A stretch of DNA of 62,011 nucleotides, counting the filler. It is 12 parts of 12 records of this genome, joined end to end, with 100 filler letters (N's around TTAATTAATTAA, not from the genome) between each part and the next. Parts side by side here need not be neighbours in the genome. Positions count along the whole stretch, not along the records: positions 9,081 to 14,089 come from SRR7504441_16291; positions 14,190 to 17,862 come from SRR7504441_16310; positions 17,963 to 22,629 come from SRR7504441_16313; positions 22,730 to 32,931 come from SRR7504441_16316; 8 more parts are not named here. One strand, written 5' to 3'. The translations under genes and the position numbers were made by a program. How positions within the stretch are numbered: the first letter of the stretch is position 1; each line of letters begins with the position of its first letter. Shown piece by piece: positions 12,072-23,289 of the stretch. The notes beneath the pieces were generated by a model. That model had not been told where the DNA came from, ran no database searches, and was given only the letters and a program-made list of their open reading frames with translations.

Positions 12072-13723
12072 ATGGCGTGCCCCCGGCTGCCATCAGGCCG
12101 GGACCGCGGACGACTGTGTCGCAGCTTGCCCTCCCGCCGCGCTGTCCGGCTTGCGCGGGTGCCAGCCGATTGGCCGGGGCTGGACTCCTCCGGGCTGCTC
12201 GGGCGGCCGACCGGCGGGCAGTTGGTGGCATGGCTGGTGCTGCTGGACGGCCGCGCCATAGGCGGCATGGCCCTGGCGCTCTCCCGGCGGGCAGTGAGCA
12301 CAGACGCCTGCCGGATTTGCCTGGCCACCGACGGGCAGCTGCTCCGGTCCGTTTGCGCCTGTCGCGGCTCCTCCTCCGCGGTGCATCAGAGCTGCCTGCT
12401 CGCCTGGGCCGCTCATAGACCTGACCAGTACCACCGCTGTCCCACCTGCCGCCAGTCGTTCACTGGCCCCGCCCGGCTAGCACTAGAGCAAGAGGCTGTC
12501 CAGCGAGCTGCAGCACGGGCGGCCGAGGCCGAGCCGGGCGAAGCCGAGCTGATGCGAGGCCAAGCCGAGCTGTCGCTCGCCACCAGTCTGTGGCACTCGG
12601 GGGAGAGCGAGCGGGCGGCCGAGCAGTTTGAGCGGACGCTGAGCCAGTTGCCGGACGGCTCTACAATCCAATTAGTTGGGAGGCTTAATTACGGGATTGC
12701 GCTCCACGGAGCGGGGCGGGCAGTGGAGGCGCTGGCGCAGGTGCAGGCTAGCCTGACCGGGCTGCTGGCGCGGTGCGGGCCGGGGCATCAGTACGTGGTG
12801 CAGGCTCGGCATAATGTGCGCGGCTGGCGCAGTTGCGCGCTGACGGCGGGCAGTTAGGGCTTGTCCTCCAGGCAAACGGGGACCTGTCTGGCGCCGCCGA
12901 CCAGTACACGGAGGTGCTGGCGGTGCGCAGGGCGGCGCTCGGTCCCGGGCACCTGCACACGCTCCGCACCCAGTGCAACTTGGCGCTAGTGCAACGACAG
13001 GCAGGAGAGACTGATGAGGCGCTCAAGGGTGCCAAAGAGGCGGCGGAGGGGCTCGCCAGGCTGCTCGGGCCCGGGCATCCGGACGCTATCTCGGCCGAGT
13101 TTAATCTGGCGCTCGCCATGTCGCAGGCTGGCGCGGCCCAGTCCGAGGCTAGTGGCCGAGGCTAGTGGCCGGATGATTTGTTTGTTACAGGTCTCAGAGA
13201 AGATGCAAACTTGCTTGGCTGGGCGACAGGCGGTGCTGCGGGAAGGCCATCCGGATATCATCCAGGCAGCCGGCGGGGCGGGCCGGGGGTTGAGTGGGGA
13301 TAGGTGCAAGTGGAGCTGGCACGGTCTTTACTCAAGGCGGGAGGGCGGGCGCGGGAAGCGATGCGGCTGTTGGACGGATCCAACGAGGCTGCACTTATAG
13401 AGGAGGCCAGCAAGCAGCTCGTGGAGCAGCCCAGTACACAGTCCCGACCCAGGCGAAGACAGCCGTCGGCGCCGGAAGCCACGGCTGAGGAGGATTTGCT
13501 TGTGGGCAGTCTGGTGGCATTGGATGGCGCCGCCGCTGAATGGTTGGGCCTGATCCGGCAAGCGCTGGGCGGACCAGTGTTGCTGGAGGCGATCGTGTTG
13601 GAGAAGGCGAGCGGGCGGCGCCGAATGCTCGAGGAGTGTGGATTCGGGCTGGCGACAGAGATGGCTTGGGTGGATGAGGGTCAACCGTCGGGCGCTAGGG
13701 TGCTCACCCGGCAGCTAATGTGA
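12072..13723 (+). CDS. RING-CH (RINGv) zinc finger plus kinesin-light-chain-type TPR repeats
   Basis: CRIC...CACRGS...VHQSCL..W...CPTC followed by TPRs (LGPGHLHTL, LGPGHPDAI). Introns at 12816-12853 (GT), 13148-13190 (GC) and 13266-13303 (GC). The start could instead be the ATG at 12267. Confidence 0.8.
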
Positions 13724-14427
13724 CACGGCCGGCCAAATAATTATTAAACACGGCTAATAAGAATATGTTTATTGCAATGCACGAGGTCATAATTATGCTA
13801 GTTGACCTATAATCATGCCGCCACTCTCCGCTCGTTCCCCACTCATATTTCTTGTTGTAGTTCTCACAACTGAGACTCGGCATCAGCACTGTGGGTGACA
13901 GTGCCTGAGTGGGTGAGCGTGGAAATCTATCGATAGACCATTTGAATGATCAGTTGTGGGGGGTGTACCTCACATTCCAACCATCACCCAAGTGCACAGC
14001 GCCACCTCTTTGGCAGACATTTGGCAAGGCCTTCCGGATGGCATCATCAGACATCCCATTGATTTGATGTCGTCAGCGCTCCTTGGATTNNNNNNNNNNN
14101 NNNNNNNNNNNNNNNNNNNNNNNNNNNNNNNNNTTAATTAATTAANNNNNNNNNNNNNNNNNNNNNNNNNNNNNNNNNNNNNNNNNNNNATTTTATTTTT
14201 TCTCGAGTCGGCAACTCTGCCTTGTAGTACTTTTGTAGTACAATACCGTAGTACCTGGTAATAATTATAACAGTATCGGATCGCCGCCTGCCTCCTTTTG
14301 CTGTTTCAGTTCACTGTCCCGGCGGGTGCTGCACCGGTCACGGCGCGTCGGCGCTGTACTGGTACAGACCCTGTCACTTTCGAGGGATAGGCCACAATAA
14401 AAGCAGGCCAACAGAGAGGCGGGGGGG

Positions 14428-15561
14428 ATGTGCGGGCTTGTCGTCGCCGCCCTCTGCCTACAGCTCGTCCAGGGCGCAGTCGTGCTGCAGCCGTCGATGC
14501 GCTCGTTTGGAAACGCACTGAAGTCGTTTCCTACCAAGGGGGGGCACGAGCAGCTGCTGTTCAATTTTAGCTCGACGCCGCAGCCGGGCAACACTGCGCC
14601 TCACGTGATCACGGAGCAGTGGTTCAGCCTGTTTGGTGGCAAGCAGCCTGCTGACCCCAACACCGACGCTCGAATTCGCATCTATGTGGATGGCGAGGCT
14701 ACCCCGAGCCTGGATTTTCAGCTCTTCTTTGCACACACGGTTGGGCTCCAGAACTGCGTAGATGACGTGTGCAGCGATCCGCGTGTGCCTTGGGCATCGA
14801 GCGAAGTGCAGCACATGGCTCACGCTGGGGCGCTCAAAAACCGCTACAGAATCCCCTTCACTCACTCGATCCGAATCACGGTCACCCTGCCCACCGACGG
14901 CATTGTGTACTACTACTGCCGTGGGATGACGCACCTCCCAGTTGTCGTCGGAGATCTCCAACTTCCGGACGCTGCTCGACTGAAGCTCCACAAGAACTGG
15001 AACATCACAGTCCCCCCGCTTGGCCAGCTACCGCTTGTGCCACCAAGGCTCAACTCCAGCGGACTGCTGTATGCTACGATCTGGAGTGCCGAGTCTGAGT
15101 TCATCGGTTTCATGGAGGGCTGTGTCAGAGCCACGCCAGATCACCAGCCGACAATCTTCTTATCCAGCGGAACCGAGGATTATTTTGAGAGCGCCAACTT
15201 CTTCAACGCGGGCCACCCCGTCGATTCCTCGCCGGGGGCCTTCCCCTGGCCCAACAAGAGCATGGTACAGCGCAACAACCTCTTCACCTCGGCCGGGGCA
15301 GTCAGTGCTCCCGAAAGCGGTGTGGGTTACTTGCGCGGTACCAACCCGGGAAACTACTCCATGTCCGCATACAAGTTTCACATCTCCGACCCGATTGTTT
15401 GGTGGAATTCGTTCACATTGACCGCATCGAACTTTGACGGTGGAGGTGAGGACCCAGAGGTGGGAGGGATGGGCTGCCGTGGAGCAGCTGAGGGGATGAA
15501 GCCGCAGAGGGCGAGCCGCCCAGTGACGATGTGGACATACGCCTGGACGTATGAGTGGTAA
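14428..15561 (+). CDS. Secreted DUF2961 (GH172-like) putative glycosidase
   Basis: Signal-peptide-like N-terminus, then RIRIYVDGE, RIPF, FMEG, SSGTEDYF and SAYKFHISDPI motifs typical of DUF2961. Intronless. Confidence 0.75.
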   Translation: MCGLVVAALCLQLVQGAVVLQPSMRSFGNALKSFPTKGGHEQLLFNFSSTPQPGNTAPHVITEQWFSLFGGKQPADPNTDARIRIYVDGEATPSLDFQLFFAHTVGLQNCVDDVCSDPRVPWASSEVQHMAHAGALKNRYRIPFTHSIRITVTLPTDGIVYYYCRGMTHLPVVVGDLQLPDAARLKLHKNWNITVPPLGQLPLVPPRLNSSGLLYATIWSAESEFIGFMEGCVRATPDHQPTIFLSSGTEDYFESANFFNAGHPVDSSPGAFPWPNKSMVQRNNLFTSAGAVSAPESGVGYLRGTNPGNYSMSAYKFHISDPIVWWNSFTLTASNFDGGGEDPEVGGMGCRGAAEGMKPQRASRPVTMWTYAWTYEW

Positions 15562-16028
15562 GGGGCAGCTAGATTTCCAAATGCAGGGCCGCTACAGATT
15601 TACTCTACATGGCATTGTATCTAAGCCTACGATAGGCTAATGATTTATAATAGATTCATAATCACTTCGTTTGCGCGTTTGCGGCTATCGCACGAAGAGA
15701 CAAGCGCGCAAGGTAGTGCAAAGGGGGAGCTAAGGTGGACTGGGCCGCATCCCGAGTACTTACATTCCGAGCGGCGTCAGGATAATCGATCTCACCGATA
15801 CTCGTACGTCAATCACCACTTTTCCAGTCCTTGCTCGAGTTATCTGGCCACCAACATGAAAGTTGGCCAGATTCAACTCGTCGTCCGTGATTGGCCGGCC
15901 CATTGCTTGCATTACATGCAGCATCTGGATGACCGAGATGAAGCCGTTGCCGTCCCATCATCCAGGACTCCTCGACCCGGTTCGCAGGTCTGGTCACCGG
16001 TCGCCTCCCTCACTGGTGATCATTACCA

Positions 16029-17564
16029 TTATGTTTGGTCGGCAAGAACCTGTTTGCTAGTCTCGTTGCGTATGAGTAACACGGCAAACCCACCGCACGC
16101 GAAAGAGGCGGCGTATGTAAAGAAAATCGCTGGCAACGAGAAGTCCATAAGGGCATCGCCCACCGCGGTGCTCACAACACCTCCTATCCGGCCAATGCCC
16201 ATTGAGAGCCCGAACGCGCTGCTTCGCACCGAGGTTGGCTGGAGCTCTGCGAGTAATATGTACAGGTTGCACCAAAGCATGTCTTCAAACAGTGCCTCCA
16301 ACCCCATCGAGAACAGCATCACTCCAGGCAGATCAGTGCTCGCATAAACGACCAGTGATACTGCACACCCCCAAAAGCAAGCGCACAGCGTGCGCAGTCG
16401 ACCTGCACACGCCACAAACTTGAAGTTGATCGCATCACCGCTGATCTTCCCCAGTGCCCGCACGTAGTACATGGATACAGCGACCTGATGAGCTGCAGGT
16501 CCGAGCTTTCGCTCTGTGTACACCGCTGCCCAGAGCTCGGTGCCTTTGGCTCCAAAGTTGAGCAGAAAGGCTACGAGGCCGCCCAACAGCAATTGACTGC
16601 ACACCCCCACCCGCCACAGCTGGGCCCACCGCTCCTCGGCCGCGGAGTCTGCAGAGTCGCTCGGCGCTGCTGCGAGTGAGGCGGTCTCGCTTTCCTGGAC
16701 CTCAACCCCTAGCACGTCGAGCTCTTTGGTTACGGGCGGTTGTGTGGCGGTGGGGTGGGGTGCAGACGAGGGCTGCAGACACAGCCGCTGGGGCAGCGGG
16801 CGAGCCGGCTGGTCGCTGTTGAGTGCTTGAAGCAGCTCCAGCACCTCACGACACCGGGCAGTACGACCGGTGACCAGCAGCCAGCGGGGCGACTCGTACC
16901 TGAAGAGAAACCGGCAGGTGGCCAGCAGGCAGACCAGCGTGGGCAGCGTGTTGATGAGCAGCAGCAGGCGCCACTCCTCAGGCGGCAGCAGCGCCGCGAT
17001 TGTGGTGGTGAGTATGATTCCTAGCTGGACGCCGGCATGCATCAGACTGAGGTAGACGGAGCGCTGCTCAGTTGGGACCAGCTCGGCCACCCAGGTGTTG
17101 CTGGCTAGATAGGCCGTCACAAGCGCCGCGCCCACCAGCAGCCGGCTCCCGATGAATAGCGCGAACCCTTGGCTTAGCAGCAGCAAGCACGGGGCCAGCA
17201 GCAGGAGCAGCATCGAGAGCAGCATCGTTCTGGCCGGCCCGAGCCAGTCGGTGCACAGCCCGCCCACCGGCGAGCCCGCGGCCATCCCGGCGAACATGGC
17301 CGAGGCCAGCGCCCCCTGCTGCCAACGGGAAAGCGACAGCTGAGCTGAGACCGGTCCCATCAGGAACGGCGCCACCCCGCCGGCCATTCCGGCGCAGCCG
17401 TACACACAGAGGCCCACGACGAATATGAGCCGGTGGCAGCGGCCGTGCCCGATCCGCCGATCAATGAGCTCGCCCACAGTCCACTGATCCTGCCCGCTAC
17501 CCTCCGCATCGGGCGCTGGGTCCGGCTCCCAGGCCTCCAGCGGCCGGAAAGCTTCGGCCGGCAT
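16029..17564 (-). CDS. MFS transporter (SV2/SVOP-like)
   Basis: About 12 TM segments with DWLGP, ELVPTEQRS, ESPRWL and ELQPTSVRSSAFG motifs. Intronless. Confidence 0.88.
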   Translation of the reverse strand: MPAEAFRPLEAWEPDPAPDAEGSGQDQWTVGELIDRRIGHGRCHRLIFVVGLCVYGCAGMAGGVAPFLMGPVSAQLSLSRWQQGALASAMFAGMAAGSPVGGLCTDWLGPARTMLLSMLLLLLAPCLLLLSQGFALFIGSRLLVGAALVTAYLASNTWVAELVPTEQRSVYLSLMHAGVQLGIILTTTIAALLPPEEWRLLLLINTLPTLVCLLATCRFLFRYESPRWLLVTGRTARCREVLELLQALNSDQPARPLPQRLCLQPSSAPHPTATQPPVTKELDVLGVEVQESETASLAAAPSDSADSAAEERWAQLWRVGVCSQLLLGGLVAFLLNFGAKGTELWAAVYTERKLGPAAHQVAVSMYYVRALGKISGDAINFKFVACAGRLRTLCACFWGCAVSLVVYASTDLPGVMLFSMGLEALFEDMLWCNLYILLAELQPTSVRSSAFGLSMGIGRIGGVVSTAVGDALMDFSLPAIFFTYAASFACGGFAVLLIRNETSKQVLADQT

Positions 17565-17962
17565 GGCGGACGTGGTCACCGAGGGACTGCCCACTGTGCC
17601 ACGAGGCACTGTGCCTGAGGCGGCATCACGGCCGGGTTGCCGTTACGCTGAGCCACCACTCCCACCAGCAGTGAGAGCAGCTTCTCTTCTCTTTACAAAG
17701 CGTCAAGACAGAGCTGCATTCTCAAAGAGAGCCGAGCTCCTGAAGGAAGTGATGGAGATCTAGATTGATCTTGGGAAAGACAAAAGAAGAGCAGCCTTCG
17801 CTATAAGTACAAGACGAAGAGCGCTGGATCCGATCTGTAGCGTAGTGCGCGCTGTCGAGGGTNNNNNNNNNNNNNNNNNNNNNNNNNNNNNNNNNNNNNN
17901 NNNNNNTTAATTAATTAANNNNNNNNNNNNNNNNNNNNNNNNNNNNNNNNNNNNNNNNNNNN

Positions 17963-20945
17963 AGAAGCGGAAGACCGAGCCGCCGCGGACCACCGGGCAG
18001 CCCAGCAAGAAGCAGGGCTCGCCCATGCTCAAGCCGATGCAGCCGCTCGAGGCCCGCTCGCCACCGCCGCGAGGCGAGTTCGTCGTGATGAAGTTCGGGG
18101 GCTCGTCGGTGGGCAAGCGGCTGCCGGCGGTGATCCAGCTGATCCAGCAGACGGCGGCGGACCAGCCCGGCCGGCTGGCGGTGGTGGTGTCGGCCATGGG
18201 TGACACCACTGACTGGCTGCTCGATGCGGCCGACTACGCGGCGGTGGGCGACCAAGAGGCTGCCGACCTGCTGGTGCCGCCGGCCGGGGCGTGGGGTGGG
18301 GAGCGCGGGGCAGGTGGACCGGATCTCGGACCTGGTGACCACCAACGCGATCACCTGCTGCCACCAGTGCTCGGCCGACCGGCCCGACTTCGTCCGTCTC
18401 GTCCGCGAGTTCCTGGCCCCGCTCAGACAGGTGGCACGGTGCAGCCGGGGGCCCAGCTGGAGCCAGGTGCTGCTCGGGGTGTCGATCGTGCACCAGAAGA
18501 CCGCCCAGGTCCAGGACTACGTGCTCTCCTTCGGCGAGCGGCTCTCCGGGTTCGTTGTGACGCAGGTGACTCGTGCGGCGCGCCCGCCCGCAGCCTGACC
18601 AGGTGCTCAACGCGCACGGCACCAGCGCCGAGTATGTGGACGCCCGCCGGTGGGTGCAGACGGATGACTGCTTCGGGGCGGCCCAGATCGACTTCAAGGT
18701 GAGCACGTGGCGGCCGAGCCTGAGTCCGGTATCAGGTGAGTTCGCAGAACGTGGTGAGTTTGGCCCACGAATGGCCTGTGGACACCGTCACCATACACAC
18801 CGGGTTTTGCGGGTCGACCGCCGACGGCCGGACCACCACGATCGGGCGAAACGGGTCTGATTACACCGCGACGGTGCTCGGGGCCGCGCTGGGCGCTTCC
18901 AAGGTGGTGATCAATACGGATGTGGACGGTGTGTACACGGCCGACCCTCGGATCGTGGCGTCGGCCTACCCGGTCGAGCGGATGTCGTACTACGAGGCGA
19001 TCCAGCTGGCCATGTACGGGACCTCACTCTTCCACCCGAGGACGTTCCTGCCACTTGTCCAGTCCAAGGTCCCGATGCTCATTAGGAACACGCTCCGGCC
19101 GGAGTCAGGCACCTTGATAGGCAGCGGCGAGCGGGAGGTGGATGCCAACCCGGCGTGCATCAGTTCTCTCAAGGAGCTGGTGCTGCTTGAGCTGGTCGGG
19201 TTGAGCACGAGCACTCAATACAGCATCCCGGCCCGGGCCGCCCGGCTGCTCCACCAGAATGCGGTGCTGGTCCACCTGTCGACCCAGGCCTCCCAGGGCC
19301 AGGTGCTCGCGTTTGTGATCGGGCAAGCTCAGCAGCAGCTCGCACTCGAGCTTCTCAATCAAGAGTTCCAGCCGGAGCTCTCGTCCGGCGAGATCCGGCC
19401 GATCAAGCTGGTCGAGCAGGCAGCGCTGGTCTCCGTTGTAATGGACGGGCTGGCCGGCGTGCTGGCCAGGGTCGTGAGCACTTGTTCTCAGGCGGGCCGG
19501 CCCGCGCCTCCCGGCTGATCGGGCCGGCAGGCGCTTGTGGACGTGGGCGTGCCAGTGCTGATGCTCGGCCAGGGCCCGAGGACGCTCTCGTGCGTTGTCA
19601 GCCAGGAGCACACAAACCTGGCGGTCGGGGCGCTGCACACGGCGTTCAACCTGTCCAGCCAAGTCAGTCTGATGCTGCTCGCTGGGAGCAGTGGCTGGTC
19701 TAACACAGTGGCGCCTCACGTGCTAGGCCTGCTAGACGAGCAGGCCGGCGCGCTCCAGACCGGGCTCGGGCTCTCCACCAGGGTGGTTGGGCTCTGGTGC
19801 GCCAATCGGTCACAGTTCAGCGACACCGGGCTGAGCCGGGAGCAGTGCGCTGAGTTGCTCCAGGCCGAGGACCAGCCGCGCGACGGGCCGTCGGTGGGCT
19901 CTGTGGAGCTGGACAAGCTAGCGCAGCAGCCGGCCCCGATCCTGGTAGACTGCACCGCCTCGGACGACCCGCAGATCGAGCAGCTCTACTCGGCCGCCCT
20001 CAGCAAGGGCATCTCGGTGGTGGTGAGCTCAGCACGGTGCCGCGGCTGGCTCGGGGCCGGCTGAGCGCTGGGCAGCTCGCTCCAGCACCTGTCGAGCGGG
20101 TTTGTTGCCGACTACTGCGGGCACCAGAAGAAGGGCTCGCCGAGCTACTTTGGGTGCGCCTCCACCGTGGGCGGCTCGATTCCAATCATTGCCACGCTGC
20201 ACACGCTCATGCGCACCGGCGACACAGTCGGCCGCCGGCTCGGCCGGCTGGGAGCTTGGGCAGGTGTTGAGCGTGGAGTGTGCGCTGTCTGGTTCGATGA
20301 ACTTCGTGACCAACCAACTGGTGGCGGGTGAGACGCTTGCCGGGGCTGTCCGGCAGGCATACGAGCAGCAGTGCGCGCTGGGCCCGACTGCTGGCTGACT
20401 CGGGCGCAGGTACACTGAAACAGTGATGCAGGAGGATTTGACCGGGGTGGACATGGCCCGGCGGCTAGTGGTGCTCGCCCAGCAGCTCGGGTACACGGTG
20501 GAGCCAAATCAAGTCCAGACCGAGCCGCTCGTCCCGGCCGAGCTCCCGCCGATCAGCCAGCCGGCGGTCGAGGGCGTGTTCGCCGCGCTGGAGGCGTACC
20601 AGCAGCAGTTTGCAGCGGAGCAGAAGGCGCACTCGGAGCACCGGCTGCGCTACATGGGTAAGCTGAGCATCAGCGATGGCAAGGTGCGCTCGGGCCCGGG
20701 GGGCGGTGAGTGGCTGGCAGGCGAACTGCTCAGTGCGGCCTGAGTGGGTGAGTAAGGATAGCGAAGTTTACACGATGCGGGGCACCGAGCTGTATGTGGC
20801 GTTCAATACACAGCGCAGGGAGTCGAGGGTGTGCATGCAAGGAGCAGGCCAGGGCGGAGCCAATGGCGCTGTGGGAGTGGTCAACGACATTTTGACCATC
20901 GCCACCAGAATCCACAAGACACCAAAAAGATCGATGCTCTATTAA
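17963..20945 (+). CDS. Aspartokinase-homoserine dehydrogenase-like fusion (HSD domain degenerate); possibly 5' truncated
   Basis: AK motifs MKFGGSSV, VVSAMG, GRNGSDYTA and TDVDGVYTADPR, then ACT domains, then HSD-like VDCTAS, TVGGSIPII and LSGSMN. Introns at 18274-18313, 18431-18466, 18566-18602, 18699-18735, 19492-19530 (GC), 20037-20075, 20227-20263, 20371-20409 and 20684-20720. First ATG is at 18025 but the frame is open to the contig edge. Confidence 0.9.
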
Positions 20946-21143
20946 TTCGGGACGAGAATGGATCCGTCAATTAATTTTAAGTAAGAAAGTCGCGTGACCC
21001 TGACGCCCGGTCAGTGAGCGTGTAGCATGAATTCATTTAAATCGCATCGCATGTTGATCAGTCAAAGACTAACGGCAAGTGCCCGGGTTCTGTGTGCCGT
21101 GCGGCTGTGCCCGGGTCTGTTCCTGACTAGGATGGCTTGAGCC

Positions 21144-22629
21144 ATGTACTGGACGCCGCGGGGGCGGCCACCCGCCCCGGGCCCACTCTTCCGGCAGCCG
21201 GGCTCGACTGTGCTGGGCAGGGCGCCGCAGCTTGCCGGCGCCAGCTCGCCAGGGCTGCGCACGGCGGGCGCATCGCCACGGCCCTCATCGTTCGGGGCCC
21301 AGATCCCGCCGGCAGTCCACACGGGCCAGAGACAGGCGGGACTCCCTGCCCTGCGCCAGAGCGTCCTGCCGACCCGGGCGCCTACCCAGGCACGGCCACC
21401 TGGCGGACCTCCGTCGCGGCCAGTGCCAAAGAAGCACAATCGGCCGCCCAAAGGACAGATGTCCATGTTCGGGCTGCCGGCCGCGACTGTCACTCAGCCC
21501 AACATTAGCCAGCACTGGGGTCGCGATCCAGCACGCCCTGCAGGATCCAAGGGAGGGCGAGCACGCGGTGCTCCAGAGGAGCGCGAACCGAACGACGCGC
21601 CACAGCGCCCCCCCAAGCGGCCCAAGGTGACTCAGTCGCCGGGGCGTGACAGCTTTATAGAGCTCGATCCCGCCGCCAAGCTGGCCGCCTGCCGCTCGGG
21701 CTTCGAGGTGGTCACTCAAAGCACTGTCGCAGCTTTCACTGCAGAGCTGCTCGGGCGGGGGCCGTGCGCCATTGGCGCTCTGTATGAGGTGCCTGTCAGC
21801 TTTGCCAGGCGAATCACCGGGCTGCTGCAGGATCGAACCACCAACTTTGGGCAGAGCATCAAGCGTGCCCGCGCTGGCTCCAACCTGCATGGTCTGGGAT
21901 TCTTCCTGTCCAAAACCGAAACTGGACCCGCTTTCTATTTCCTGGAAGCTTCGCTGCTTGAGCTGCCCAGTGTCTGCAAGCATTTGCACCAAGTGCTGTC
22001 CAGGTGACTGCCAGGCCGTCTGGCGCTGACAGGCGCGCAGCATGACTCTGGCGAAAGTTATCTTCAACGCTCACGCTGTCCTGACCGACCTGCTGATGCT
22101 TCTACCACCAGAGTCAGAAGCGCACCAGGCAACTTGCCCTACGCAGAGCTGACCTAACTGGTCTGACAGGCCTTGTTTCCTCTGGGGGAGCACCGCTTTG
22201 GCCGAGTGCTAGATCCGCTGATCGCTGTCTGGGTCTACCATCCAGATCTGCCAGATTTCAATTTCTTTGACGTGTCTCGATTGTATTTGGGGATAGCTGA
22301 GTCGACCAACACGCAGACTCTGACTACATCCCAGCCGCCTGTCAAGCTTTCTGCCCTGAGCAGAGATCTGGTCATCAGCTTCGACCTGTTCAAGAAGATC
22401 TGTTCGTTGCTTGGCCAAGCGAAACTGCTCGGGGCATTCCTCGGGATGGAGATGTCATGCACTCCTGTGATCGCTGAGATGGAGTCTGTCGGCGTGCCGT
22501 TCGACAAGCAGCTGCTGGTGTCTGCACAGCCCATGATGGAAGAGCGAACAGCAGAGCTCGAGAAAGAGATTTACGGACTGGCGGGCAAAGTGTTCAACAT
22601 CAAATCGCCACAGCAAACCGCAGGTTGCT
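21144..22629 (+). CDS. Family A DNA polymerase (Pol nu/theta-like), N-terminal part; 3' truncated
   Basis: LDPLIAVWVYHPD, MEM...VIAEMESVGVPFD and EIYGLAGKVFNIKSPQQ (thumb region). Introns at 21789-21830, 22004-22040 and 22129-22169 (GC). Confidence 0.8.
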
Positions 22630-23289
22630 NNNNNNNNNNNNNNNNNNNNNNNNNNNNNNNNNNNNNNNNNNNNTTAATTAATTAANNNNNNNNNNNNNNN
22701 NNNNNNNNNNNNNNNNNNNNNNNNNNNNNACTACTAAGTTGGCTCGTTGACCATTAAGTCAGCCAGCTAGCCATTCTCTAGAAGTACCTTAAGCACAGTA
22801 TCCGAAACCTATTTAAAAACGTAAATCAAACCTGACAATTTCCACAATTTGGTTGGGCAATCATGACGCTTCGATTCATGATTGTGCGATTTATGCCATG
22901 GATTATGCAGTTCACCGACGGTCCTACGACGGTCCGAGCCGCTTCACCGTCACGTCGTCATCAATAAGTCGTGCATGTATCGTGTGCACATGTGCACATG
23001 AAATCACAATATGTACAGTTGCACACGTGATCTATGACGGATCATTGATCAATACTAGTTAGTTGACCATCCATGATCCATGATTGTATTCAATGCCACC
23101 AGTAACATCGATTTAGTCCATTAATTAATAATTTAAAACCGGTGTCTGACGATTTAATAATTATTGAGTCGTTCAAGTTCACGCAAGTTTGATTCGTTTG
23201 TGATGTTTAAGAGCTCTTAGTTGTGGTTTGGGCCCATGACTCCATTTGGCCTAGTCCTTACTGGGGGGCACCTTGAGGCACCACCGTCA

